The translations under genes were made by a program, and so were the position numbers. 64,000 nt of DNA from Selaginella moellendorffii (lineage: Eukaryota; Plantae; Lycopodiophyta): positions 1,791,048 through 1,855,047 of the forward strand of contig NW_003314270.1 in NCBI RefSeq assembly GCF_000143415.4, in the 5' to 3' direction. Below, piece by piece: positions 38,056 to 49,430 of the stretch (position 1 is its first letter; every line of letters starts with the position of its first letter). Under the pieces are notes generated by a model. It did no database searches, was not told the origin of the DNA, and saw nothing but the letters and a program-made list of their open reading frames with translations.

Positions 38056-38875
38056 TGTGGACATATATAGCTACAATGCCGTATATTAATATTAGCATAG
38101 TGGGATTTTGATAGCCGTCGAATTAGTTTCAATTCGGACCACTCGATTTTGTATATAAGTTATAATTTTTGGGCTAATTGATATACACATTTTTTATATT
38201 TCCTTTCCAAATTCCATGCACTCACATTAGTAGAAGTGAGGAGCACCTTTAACTCACATTGGTGGAAGTGAGAGGCACCTTTAATTATCCTTCAGGAATG
38301 CTTGGATTTGGGATTTTGGTTTAGATCTAACTTTTATACTGTCTAAATCTCTCTTTCTTTCTAGCTTTTTTTATTTCTTTTCTTTTGCTTTTTCTTTTTC
38401 ATTCATCTTCATGGCAAAGTAATAGTCTCTTCCTCTTTTAACTTTGACTTGATGCTATGTGATTGCAATTGAATAACCAAACTCAATTGATAGTAGTATT
38501 CATGACATATGGTATAGCTTTTCCTACTTTTGGTGCTAGTCCTCACGTTCGGCTAGAGTTATTTCGTAGGAATCCTGAGGATGATGTGTACTATTGGCTC
38601 GATCATTTCACAGTGATTGCTATATATCATTCTTAGGATGATACTTGATGTTTGCATGAATTTCCCATGTGTCTCTAAGGGACAACACTGAAGTGGTACA
38701 ATGGTTTGAGGGTAGCCACTCATGGGGATTAGAATATTCTTCTAAATGTCTTCAAATGTGCATTCAAACATGTTGATGATTTTGATAATGCCTCTTAACA
38801 ATTGCATCATCTTCATCAAGGGCCATCAGAGCCAGTGATGCAATTTGACATTCATTTTCGAAGTTTCTTACTTCG
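38056..38875 (+). mobile_element. LTR retrotransposon 5' end: LTR, duplicated PBS-like site and degenerate gag
   Basis: LTR 38056-38226 ends CTCACA; 32-bp tandem duplication containing TGGTGGAAGTGAG; gag-like EDDVYYWLDHF...FPMCL*GTTLKWYNGL...QLHHLHQGPSEPVMQFDIHF with stops. Confidence 0.72.
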
Positions 38876-39161
38876 TGCATGTAACTCACATGAATTTAAA
38901 GCTAAACTCCAACCCCATTGTACTACAAAACAAGGGTCCAATAAAATCCTATGAGCACCAGCTCTCTATATCTCGCACTTGCACACTAAATGGTATTAAA
39001 TGGTGTTTGGCACAATTTTGGTATATCAGTGGCTTAACGTAAGAAAGAAGGTACCCCATCGACTAGAGTGCCGGTGCGACGTTGAGGATTTTGGCTCATG
39101 CTTTGCTTTTTGCTCGAAAGTTCTAAGTTTTGGTCGTGGTTTGCTCACATTGTCCTTTCAG

Positions 39162-39584
39162 CATTGGATTCGAACGAATGGCGGAAGTTTTGACTCTTAG
39201 AAGCAAAGCCTATGACTCACAACACGAGATGTTACAGGCAAGAGGAAAGAAAAAGTGGAAAACAAGACGATGTGCTAATGTTCTTTATATAATTTTGTTG
39301 TCCAGGTTTGCCTTGGATGACGATGCACAACTGGGTCTTAACGTTGCTTCGTGCCTCTTGACAAAGTAACGGAGCTGCTAAACTTTATGACGAAGATCCG
39401 TGAATTTTTCTTTGCTTTGCAAGGCTGCCATGGGTAAGAAAAAGGATGGGAAGCCAAATGCGATCATCAGACCGTATGTAAAATTGTTTTACGCTTGGAA
39501 TCACTGTAACTCGTGCTTCGTGCTGACAAATATACGCCCATAAGTGATCTAGATGTTCATGGTCACTTCGATTTACTTGTGAAG
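39162..39584 (+). pseudogene. NADH-cytochrome b5 reductase (CBR2-like) internal gene fragment, 4 exons
   Basis: LDSNEWRKF*LLEAKPMTHNTRCYR|FALDDDAQLGLNVASCLLTK|AAMGKKKDGKPNAIIRP|YTPISDLDVHGHFDLLVK. TGA at 39191, GC donor at 39238, one acceptor reads AA instead of AG. Confidence 0.82.
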
Positions 39585-40559
39585 GTATTGTGTTCTTTGC
39601 TTGGGCTTACCCAAGTTGGGTGCAAAACAAGGAGTGATATAACCTAGCAAAAGCTAAACTAATGTTTTAGGTGGTCAGACATACATTTCAATCACTATCC
39701 CTATTATATATTTGAAACCCCCTATAACCCCCCTTAAGAACATACACTTTGGGCTTTCCCCCCAAGCCTCCTTTAGTACTAGTCTCTGGGATAAGTTTGA
39801 AATTTACAAAATATAGAATGTTCTTAGATTGCGAATTTAGACATGGGATGAACACCATTATGTTCAAAACAATCTCTACATTCCATAGATATGCAAAATG
39901 AGTAAAATTTAAACACTTTTCACAAATAACATTTGGGACCAGAATGAGACTGATAGCAAGGGTGTTTGGTATGCATGGTAAGTTATCATGTAGCAATATT
40001 AAGGGACTAGACTCAATATGCGAGGGTTCTTGCTAAGCCAATACAAAACAGAGTAAAAAAGAATTAATAAACTGAGCCAAATATGCTTAGCTAAATAAAC
40101 ATTTAGGAATTCCTTTTTTTTGCTCATCCAGCTAAGTACAAATGCTAAATCCAGTTTACTAACACTTGGACAAGAGGGGTTAATAAAGAAAATTAGCAAT
40201 ACTGACTTATTATTGTCATAGCAGTAAGAAAAGAGTGTTTATAAAGACTGACCAACAAGTATCTTTCAATACCTAAAGTCATATTTGCAACACTCTGCCC
40301 CCCTTATTAAAGATTGATATCCTTTCTCTTCTTGGAATAGGACGCCACAATCCTCGCCTCCAAGGTAAGAGAAGAGTTCTAACATAGAAAATAAAAAGCA
40401 ATTTTTTTTAAGATTTCTTTGCTAGGATCCTTAAGATTAACCCATGCTCAATCCCTTGCCATCGTATGGGCAAGGAAGGCTGATCAATTTCATTTGTAGA
40501 TGCCCAGAAGTAGCACCGGAAGAGGGTGTAATTTTGAGTCGCAATGAAAGGCGAGGCAA

Positions 40560-40914
40560 CCCATATGTATGGATTTCAGTATATTGTCGAACCAGCTAGC
40601 ACTGGAAAGTCCACCATGCCACTATGAGATACCTTTCTCAAGAAGGCCACCACATGATTTTCCTTGATGCTCAAAGGCCCTGCAAGAATCTAGAAGCAAC
40701 TTTGTTATAGAGCCTTCCGCAAGAATTCCTTGCTATGGCTAACCTTTCAATGATTTTTGAATGTATGGCCTTTCTGATGCGTTTGATAGTAAGAGCTACG
40801 ATTGTAGTGGACGGTGGCAATGTGATTTCAACAAAGAGTGGTGCTACTACTTTGCTAGATGGCCTTGTGAATGTTTACAATGTAGTATTTTGTGCTTCGC
40901 TCTTCAATGAATAA
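40560..40914 (+). pseudogene. Second degenerate P-loop NTPase fragment (Crinkler-type NTPase-like)
   Basis: YIVEPASTGKST (GPAGTGKST after two G>A changes), then after a frameshift HMIFLDA...ATIVVDGGN...NVVFCASLFN, with an internal stop. Confidence 0.55.
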
Positions 40915-42190
40915 AATGAAGTGATCCATAATCCCAAAAACTCATTTTATTGAGTTGATAGATTATGCATGTCTTTAGTGAGATCAAAATCCAAAACTGG
41001 CAGAGATTTAAATTCTGTTTAATGGGTTAGAATATTTTTTATGTGATTAACTTTATTTTTAATACTTTATGAATAAAATAATCAAATTTACCTAAACATA
41101 TTCTTTTCTATAAATTATTATAATCTTTGAATATTTTAGGTTAAAATTAACTTTTATAATTTACTTTTAACAGTATTTACAAATATAATACAAAAATTAT
41201 ATTTTGTACAAATGGCCTGTCTAAATATCACTAAAATATATAAAATTCAACACCAGATGATTGTATATTAAATGTGGGTTGACTCAGTTTTATGAATGTG
41301 TAAGACCATGATTAAAACTTCAAATGTTAATAAAAAAACATTACACAACTTTAACAATAAGAGTACATATTATATTTTTATATATAGCCTTAGCTATTTA
41401 CAATCTAGCTTATTATCAGAAAAAGCTACAATAATATATGTAGTAGTTGATTAAACAGCGATATTTTTAAATCTTTTTACTAACTGCAAATATAGTTTAT
41501 TAGTACATAATACTATGGAATATAAAATTTAAATTTATAGTTTTAATATCATATATATTTACAAATAATTATTTTCTTGTTTGGAGCTGGGTAGTAATAT
41601 ATTAATGCTCCTAAAAACTTATTGTTTTATTTTCTAAGTAAAACGTATAATTAATTAATATGTTGTAGTAATTAAGTCTCTTTTGTTTGATAAAATCATA
41701 ATAAGTCTATCCCAAGTAAAAATATAATTTACATATAACATATTATTGATAATAGAAACTTATTTTTACTTTTTTCTTTGTCAGGTTTTTTTTAAAATAT
41801 ATTCATATTTCCAAATAATAATTTGTATATAATATCTTTATTAATGAATATTTATTCCTACTTATGCCTAGAAATATATTTCGTTCTGAATATTTTTATT
41901 ACCAAGTTTACAAAAATTAATTTTTCTATTCATTTAGCATTTTCTAGGCATAATTCCCTCAATCAAAGTGGAATACAATATTTGTTATTTTAATACTATT
42001 CCAATTTGGTTTTTAATAAGCAAAAGCCCTAAAATATTTATAGGGGTATCGTATATTATAAAATCAAAACAATATTTTATTAATTACATGTTGGGCAAGT
42101 GCTAGATATATATAAACAAGATTACATCAATCAATATAAAATCATTAAAGAGAATCAGCATGCAATACAAATACTTACACAGTCAAAATT

Positions 42191-43618
42191 TTATAAGACT
42201 TGAGCTTTAGTCTCCCAAGCAGACATTCCACACAAGATTACATCCTTCCACCCAAGCAACATCCAGTTCTCATCCTTTCCACACCCAAAGTTTTTGTTGC
42301 AAGCATAACCTCCCCACTGTGATTTCATCCTCTCATACACCTCTTCACCTACTAGAAACGGTTGAAATCCAGCTCTTTTTGCTCGCGAGTCCCAGGTCCT
42401 GTATTTGTCTGGCCTCTCCAGTTGCTCCAGGCCATCGCAAGCCACAACGCTCGTGATTGCCCTCTGGAACACCTTCTCTACTAAATCGCGATCACCAATC
42501 GAATCCCAGCCCAGCCATGCGTCGAGGCATTCCATTTTTGCGGTGAAATGCTTCAGCGTCTCGTCAAACTTGGGAATGAAGAACGGCGAGCTAAACGAAG
42601 CGTTTGACACGCACATCACGAAGACTTTGGGCCTCATCTTGTAGATACTCTCGAACAAAAGCCTGCGAGGATTGTTGACGGAAATCCACTCGTCTCTCAT
42701 ATGCTGAAGGCTCATGTTGGAGTTGACGACCAGAAGTTCGTTGGCAAGAGTTACCGGCTGAACAGATTCCCAGGAATTCGACTGGATCGAGCAGTACTCG
42801 AGCTGTACCCCGTTGCTCCTAGCAAAGGCTGCCAAACGTTGCCCGGCCACAAAGGCCTCGGGCACAGTGACAAGATCGATGCCTGTGATCTTGAGCTGTG
42901 GAGGACCTTCCGGACGTACTGAAAAAGCCTTGATCAAGGAAGGCCACTGGCGACCGCAATGAACCCCATAGTCGATGATATGAACTTTGTTGGCTCCTGC
43001 GCAAGCACGCAATATGACATCGTTGGCAAAGTTGACTACTATTGCGAACAGCGGCAGCCTCGCATCTGCCACTAGCATTCTTGAACTAATTCCAGCCGAA
43101 ATCGCCCTGTAAGCTTGAGGCCCTGTCCCTGCTAATCTGGCCGCAAGCGCATCAATGAGAAAACGAGCTACCTTCTGCAAAGGAGTTGATTGCAATGCAA
43201 CTGCATCCCTGATGTCTCTTGCCAGATCATAGAAGCCTGCAACATTGTTTGCAGCTACAGCTCTCGCACACTCCATCAAACTACTGTGAATGTCTGTAGT
43301 CCTCCCCAAATTTACCTCAAAGCCGGATGATTGATCACTACCCTCTGTCGAGCTATCACTGCTTTCACTAGGAGAAACAATTGCCGAGAGCTCGTCGAAC
43401 AAACCTTGAAAGGAAGGCTTTTGTTGCTGCGCCGAGTCAGCTTCTCCTTCCCCTTCGTCTTCCAGCAGCATCTTGGACAGATAGGCCAGAGTATCTCTCG
43501 AATCATGCAAAGCATCGCGCTTGGAGTAGCCGATCTTAGCAGCTGGCTCGAGCTCTACCTGATTCCTGTAGAGAACTCTCCTGAGCTGCGAGACTAGATC
43601 CTCGCCCGCCGCCTCCAT
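42191..43618 (-). CDS. GRAS transcription factor, LISCL/SCL14-like (copy 2)
   Basis: TLAYLSKMLLED, LMECARAVA, VHIIDYG, QWPSLI, SSPFFIPKF, VVACDG..ERPD, SAW; collinear with copy 1. Confidence 0.92.
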   Translation of the reverse strand: MEAAGEDLVSQLRRVLYRNQVELEPAAKIGYSKRDALHDSRDTLAYLSKMLLEDEGEGEADSAQQQKPSFQGLFDELSAIVSPSESSDSSTEGSDQSSGFEVNLGRTTDIHSSLMECARAVAANNVAGFYDLARDIRDAVALQSTPLQKVARFLIDALAARLAGTGPQAYRAISAGISSRMLVADARLPLFAIVVNFANDVILRACAGANKVHIIDYGVHCGRQWPSLIKAFSVRPEGPPQLKITGIDLVTVPEAFVAGQRLAAFARSNGVQLEYCSIQSNSWESVQPVTLANELLVVNSNMSLQHMRDEWISVNNPRRLLFESIYKMRPKVFVMCVSNASFSSPFFIPKFDETLKHFTAKMECLDAWLGWDSIGDRDLVEKVFQRAITSVVACDGLEQLERPDKYRTWDSRAKRAGFQPFLVGEEVYERMKSQWGGYACNKNFGCGKDENWMLLGWKDVILCGMSAWETKAQVL

Positions 43619-44152
43619 GTCGCCGCCAAGAGACCTGAAGTAAAAAACCATAGAACTTGTGAAGCAAAGCCACAGATTAAACACTAAGAGAACACGTGAG
43701 AGAGTGGAACACTAGAAAACAACAAAAGTGGTTACCGACACTTCACCAAAAACTTTCCCAGACAACAGCTGGAAGAGACCTCCAGCAAAACCTTAGCTTG
43801 GAATATAAACAAAGGAAGAACAACAAGAACCACAGAAGAAGCCGTGACGAGGAACAATGATCCCCTAAAAAACAAGATCGAAGCCAGATATGATCGCGCG
43901 CACTGAACGGGGACCCAGCGCTTCGCGGAGCGTAGGAGCGCAGCTCGACAGTCGACAAACCCTAGAGCTTGAAAATATTTCCCCCAATTTGCTACGACCT
44001 AGAAGCAAAGCCGTTCTTCCTGTACCAAAGTGGGGTCTTAGGCTAGATTCCTGGGTGGATTTTCGCAGAAATTCCACTGCCAAAAAGAGCTCTCTTTCCT
44101 CTCACCTCCATTTAGTTCTTCCCTCCCCAAGGACGCACAAAGAAAGGCCCCA

Positions 44153-46114
44153 ATGGAGGAGGGCAGCAAGAACAGCAGGCGCTACATTCTCGCCAAATGG
44201 GCGGGATTCGTCTCGGCAATCTGGGTCCAGGCGATCGCCGGCAACAACTATGGCTTCTCCAATTACTCCGTGGCGCTCAAATCCATCGGCGGCTACAACC
44301 AGGTGGAGCTCAACAATCTGGGCGTCGCCAAGGACGTCGGCAAAGCCCTAGGCGTCGTCGCCGGCTTGGCCTCTGATTTCCTCCCCCCCTGGCTCATCCT
44401 CTTGATCGGCTCGCTCGACGGCCTCATCGGCTATGGCGCGCAATGGCTCGTCCTCAGCAGGAGAATCGCGCCGCTACCCTACTGGCAGGTCTGTTCCATT
44501 CCTTGCCCTGCCTGGCTGGATACTTTGCTAGGAATGGTAGATCGCTCCCTTGTTCTTGCTCGATTTCTTCCAATCTGTCCTTCCTTTTTGGATCTTTTGC
44601 TGGAATTCTAATGCTTCTCTCGTTCTTGCGCTTTCGATCACTCTCGTACGATCTCGCTCCTGGCAGATGTGCGTGGTGCTGTGTATGGGCGGCAACAGCA
44701 CGACCTGGATGAACACCGCGGTTCTAGTCACCTCCATTCGCAATTTTCGCTACAATCGCGGCCCGGTGGTGGGGATTCTCAAAGGATACATTGGCCTCAG
44801 CACCGCGATCTTCACCGTGCTGTGCTCCGCGCTCTTTAGCAACGATCCGGCCAAGTTCGTGCTCCTCCTGGCGATCATCCCCTTTGCGGTGTGCATCGTC
44901 GCCATGATCTTCCTCCGCCCGGTGGCGCCTGCCAGCAGCAAGCCCGAGCAGGAGGAGGAGCGCCGGGGCTTCTTCTTCCTCAACTCCATGGCCACGCTCC
45001 TCGGCGTCTACCTCCTCTTCTACGACTTCCTCAAGTTCTCGGGAACCATCGCCGCGATCTTCTTGCTCGTCCTCCTGCTGCTCCCGCTCTATCTCCCGGC
45101 CAAGCTCCTCCTCTTGCCTCGCAAATCGATCCCCCAAGATGTGGAAGCGCCGACAGGGGGGAATCTCGATCAACCATTGCTACAGCAGCAGCAAGTACAG
45201 GGGGAGCAACCGGGGCAATCCTCGCCCCCCTCGATCGATAAGGACGATCTGGCGAAGAACCGTGGAGAGCGGATCATCCATGGCTCTCCAAAGCTCGGAG
45301 AAGATCACAACGTGCTCCAGCTCGTCAAGAGGTACGAGTTCTGGCTGCTGTTCGTGTCGCTGCTCTGTGGAATGGGATCGGGCACGGTGGTGATCAACAA
45401 TCTCGGCCAGATTGGCGAGACGCTGGGCTACAAGGATGTCGGCACCTTCGTGTCGCTCACTAGCGTGTGGGGATTCTTTGGCCGCATTGGATCGGGTCTC
45501 GTGTCCGAGCACTTCCTCAGGTATGGATAGAAACTTACGAGTTTTTACGAGTGCCAAGTTCTCACGAGTGTTTCCATACGCGCAGATCTTCCGGAGTGCC
45601 ACGGCCGGTCTGGCTGGCGGCCTCGCAAGTTCTCATGATCGTCGGCTTCGTGCTGCTCGTCTCGGCGCTCCCCGGCTCTCTTTACATCGGATCGAGCATC
45701 ACCGGCCTCTGCTACGGCGTCCGTCTCGCAGTCACCGTCCCGACCGCGTCCGAGCTCTTCGGCCTCAAGTACTTCGGCCTCATCTACAACATTCTCATCA
45801 TCAACATCCCCCTGGGATCCTTCCTCTTCTCGGGACTCCTGGCGGGATTCCTCTACGACTACGAGGCCCAGAAATCTCTCGGCGTTGTCGCTAGCGCTGC
45901 TCCCTCGATCTCCAACCCCGGATTGTGGAATGGTCTGCTCCAAAGCTTTGGACCTTCCGGGAGGGCGTGCCTTGGAACGCGATGCTACAGGCTCACGTAC
46001 GTGACGATGATCGGCATTTGCGCGCTGGGGTTTATCGTGGACACGGTGCTGGCATTTGTCACCGTGCCGCTCTATCGCAAGCTCAAGAACACGTTCGCGA
46101 TCAAGAGCCGGTGA
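44153..46114 (+). CDS. Nodulin-like MFS transporter (NFD4-like), 3 exons
   Basis: WVQAIAGNNYGFSNYS, LGVAKDVGK, GGNSTTWMNTAVLVT, RGPVVGILKGYIGLSTAIF, INNLGQIG, ASELFGLKYFG. Confidence 0.93.
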
Positions 46115-46179
46115 TCCGCCACCTTTTGTTTGTATGATGTTTACGGTCAAGAGCCCTAAAAACAGAGTCCCTCCAATTG

Positions 46180-46848
46180 CTAGGACGAATGCCACCAAAG
46201 GCGATCGTCACCACTGCATTGAATGGAATCAGAGCAAGATGATTGACATGAGGGGGGGCTCACGCCCATGGCCTGGGCCATGTCGTACAAAAGCCGCGCA
46301 TTGTTCATGAGATACTCCTCTTCGTATACTCCCAGTGTCACCATTGCTTGCTGGAGCCATCGATCGTCAATCACGACAGCGCAACCGTCAATTGCATATC
46401 GCGCAGCCTCAGCTTCCCGATCCTGGGCGATTAGATGTGTGATCGACATTTCTTCCGCTTCATGGTCGATGTGATCGTTTCTTATCACCATCACTTCAGG
46501 CTCCAATTGCGACGCCTCTGCGCGGTCCCTGTCGCTGCCCGGGCTGACATCGATGCTGGAATTGGAATTGGAATTGGGCTGTAGCGATTGGTGATCTTCT
46601 TCTTCCTCCTTGGAATGATCGTTGAGAAGAAATTGGTGTGGGAAATTGAGCTTGTGGAGAGGGCCGTGCGATTCGACCAGCGCTTGATCGTATGCCATCG
46701 CCGCGCTCTCGGGGCTGTGGAAAGTTCCCAGCCACAGTCTCTGCCCGTCGGGCCTGCAGAACTCTGCGACCCATTTGCCAAAGCTTCGCAACCTCACGCC
46801 CCTGTACTTTTTCTCCTTGCTCCTTTCAGAATTGCTATGGCGCGACAT
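46180..46848 (-). CDS. AP2/ERF transcription factor, DREB-like with divergent AP2 domain
   Basis: YRGVRLRSFGKWVAEFCRPDGQRLWLGTFHSPESAAMAYDQA...LNFP; C-terminal LLYDMAQAMGVSPP and LW motif. Confidence 0.82.
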   Translation of the reverse strand: MSRHSNSERSKEKKYRGVRLRSFGKWVAEFCRPDGQRLWLGTFHSPESAAMAYDQALVESHGPLHKLNFPHQFLLNDHSKEEEEDHQSLQPNSNSNSSIDVSPGSDRDRAEASQLEPEVMVIRNDHIDHEAEEMSITHLIAQDREAEAARYAIDGCAVVIDDRWLQQAMVTLGVYEEEYLMNNARLLYDMAQAMGVSPPSCQSSCSDSIQCSGDDRLWWHSS

Positions 46849-47690
46849 CTTCTCCAAAAGCCTTGGAAAGCTCTCAATCTTGTCTATAGCTGCTACTCTT
46901 CTGGACGTCCCAGGAACTCCAAAACATACTCGAATCATAGAGTACAAATACACTTCGATGCTAGAAGATCTATCTCGAGCTGCTCCAGGTTTTTGGGCTT
47001 CCAAGCAGGTATTCTTGAGAGTATACGTACGTAGAATGCTCCGGTCCACACTGAGATATGACGCAGTCGCACAGGACCAAGCACACAAAGGAGCGTAGAG
47101 CGTATGTTTTGAATGACCGTTGACGTAGGCCGTTGACCACGTTTCACAGAGTTGACTTTGTTTAGCAAATCGCCTTCTGTGGCAGATCAAACACTTAGAA
47201 ACATCCAAACTAAAAAGCTCTTACGTGTTCTAGAAGAACTAGGGGAGTCTAGATGGCAAGAAAGGGTGATAGTGGTGGCAGCACCAGAGCTTGGTGGCGC
47301 ATTAGTAGGGCAACCAGTGGCAATCTCATGCATCCTTGCTGCTGCTTTATCTGCAAGAAAAAGAATATATCTTGTAACATGCTTCTTTAGGGGTTTGTGA
47401 TGTGGAAAGCTTGCTTAGAAACGTACCACATTCACCAGTTGTAATTTTGAGCTTCAACACATTGAAGTGTAGCCCATAACTCCATTCAAATAAATCTAGA
47501 TCCAAAAAGCCAACTTGTTCCTTCTCCGTCCACCTTGAGCGAGAAAGGGAAGAACAAGATTAACAGAACCATCTAACAAAATTAGAGGTATTGGTAGTGG
47601 CTCGTGGTATCTGAGATCTTCCAAAGATCATGAAATGTGTGTCGACAACAACTCTCCTTCTAAGGCGCAGCATTTTAGGGTTCCTTTGGG

Positions 47691-48726
47691 ATGTTTTCCC
47701 TCCTCTTTCCCTGGAGCAGTAGCATTGCCACCGGCAATGCGAGGTATGTGCATCGATGTGGCTGTGCGGCCGAGAGCGCTAGCGATGTAGCCTCCTCTTG
47801 TCCGGAGGATTTGGCAGCGAGGATTGCCGGCATTTTGCCAAATGCGAGGCTAAAGAAGTCGCTCGAAACGCGCAAGCTGAGACGAAGCGTGGGCATCGAT
47901 TATGGCCTGGAGAGGACGGGAATCGCTGTGACCTTCTGTGGCTTGGCTCCTCGTCCTCTATCGGTGATATAGAATTCTTTTCTTTCGTAGTTTTTTTTCT
48001 CTCTGTCTTGTTTAATAACACTTCGGTTTCTATCCTTGTTTAAAACAGGTGAGCAAACTCAAGGGTGACAATCTCATCAAGAAGCTGCTGTCTGTTGCAA
48101 AGAAGGAGGTAACAAAGGCGAAATAGATGCTTTCTTCTTGATACATATTTTCTTCCAAACTTGTAGAAAGCTGATGAATTTATAGTTGGATTGCCGAGAT
48201 CATGGGACGCTCAGGAAACTGAGCAATCAAACAAGACACGCACTTTCGCGGGAAGGCTTGCACAGTATAGTGCTGAAGAGTAAGTAAAACTGGTGCATAT
48301 TTGCCCTGATTTCTTGTGATCGTCTTCAGGGGTGTGAGAGTTTTCCTTCACGACGAATACATGACATCAGAAGATGCGCTGGAGTTTATGATCTACAGGT
48401 TAAGCTATGCACCCGTTACATGCCGGCTCACAGAAAAGCACACTTTGCTTCCAGGGGCAGCACCAAGAAATCACGAAGGCTCGAAGTAGATGCATATGCA
48501 GCTGTGGTAGGCATCCCGAATCAAGTGACCGCGTAATTGCTAATTTGTCAAGGCTCGTCTCATGCAGATTATTCTACAAACATATTTTCACAACGACGGC
48601 CGCTTTGCGCAGCTGATGGTCCCCAAACGTGGGGAGCTCCAAGAGACACTCTGCTCCAAATATTACCAGAGGTTGTCTCAAATTGAAGAAGACGAAGACG
48701 AAGATGAAGACAACGAGGAACTGTAA
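47691..48726 (+). CDS. YqgF/RuvX-like RNase H-fold nuclease (organellar), multi-exon
   Basis: SVGIDYGLERTGIAV, FIVGLPRS, FAGRLA, VFLHDEYMTS, VDAYAAV; acidic tail. Confidence 0.85.
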
Positions 48727-49079
48727 AGATTTCGTTATTTTTGCCCCTATGAGTTGTCTACGAGTTCAATAGCTCCTAAGCTATGACAGCACGCGCCGGA
48801 TACTTACAAGACTATCTTATTCTGTGATTGGAAATTATCGCCAAGGTCTCCGGTTTTTACTTCTAAGTTATCATATTTTGGACAGGCTTTAAGCGAATTT
48901 GTCGATCAGAGCTCTCTGTAAGAAATTTGGCTTCCATTTTTCAACTGAGACTCACTCCCAGCCAACAAAGACTGATACAAGAGACCAGAGCCACATCTTC
49001 AGTAAATAATAGTCGTGTTAAAAGAACTGGACATAGCTGGCTAATTTCCTCCCAGTAATCATCTTCTTCCACAAGATCT

Positions 49080-49284
49080 CCTAGCAGCTTATCTTCCAGA
49101 GTCTGCTCCAGTCGCTGTTAGTCTTCGCGAAAAAGCTTTGGTGACCGACGCCCTTGCAGCAACTCCCACTCGGCTCGTTTTGAAATCAATAAACAAGAAC
49201 CCGCTTTTGCTACCTTTCATGATGTGGCGAAGCCTGAGGTCGCCATGGAGAACACCATGGTTGCACATTTTCACCAGGCTACCA

Positions 49285-49330
<46 letters not shown>

Positions 49331-49430
49331 TTTATTTTGACTTTTGTTTGGTAAAGTATTTTATCAATGCTTTAACTACCTTGAATAATGTTTTGCTCAG
49401 CTCCCTAGTCTGAGAGAGCAATGTAGACAT
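49080..49430 (-). pseudogene. Atypical protein kinase C-lobe fragment (CR/REase-kinase type)
   Basis: VYIALSD*G ... LVKMCNHGVLHGDLRLRHIMK...FLFIDFKTS. Confidence 0.6.
49288..49328. repeat. (GA)n microsatellite, about 20 units
   Basis: Directly visible. Confidence 0.95.

Noticed and set aside
38221-38284. 32-bp direct repeat pair resembling a CRISPR repeat
   Set aside because: Two adjacent copies with no spacer in a eukaryotic context; explained as a duplication of the LTR end plus PBS.
39688-39996. ORF ending in rhodanese-like VYVLKGGYRGF
   Set aside because: A single short motif; the rest of the ORF shows no rhodanese features.
40317-40441. Possible U12 intron (ATATCCTTT...TCCTTAAG...AC)
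   Set aside because: Lies in decayed sequence with an imperfect branch site and no flanking frame to test.
40940-42150. Very AT-rich tract (also 7800-9200) as a non-autonomous Helitron or MITE
   Set aside because: No convincing hairpin+CTRR end, TIR or TSD found by eye.
46849-47208. N-terminal extensions of the ORF-track DREB, ERF and GRAS proteins
   Set aside because: They start at non-ATG codons and run through promoter or UTR-like sequence; the downstream ATGs were used instead.
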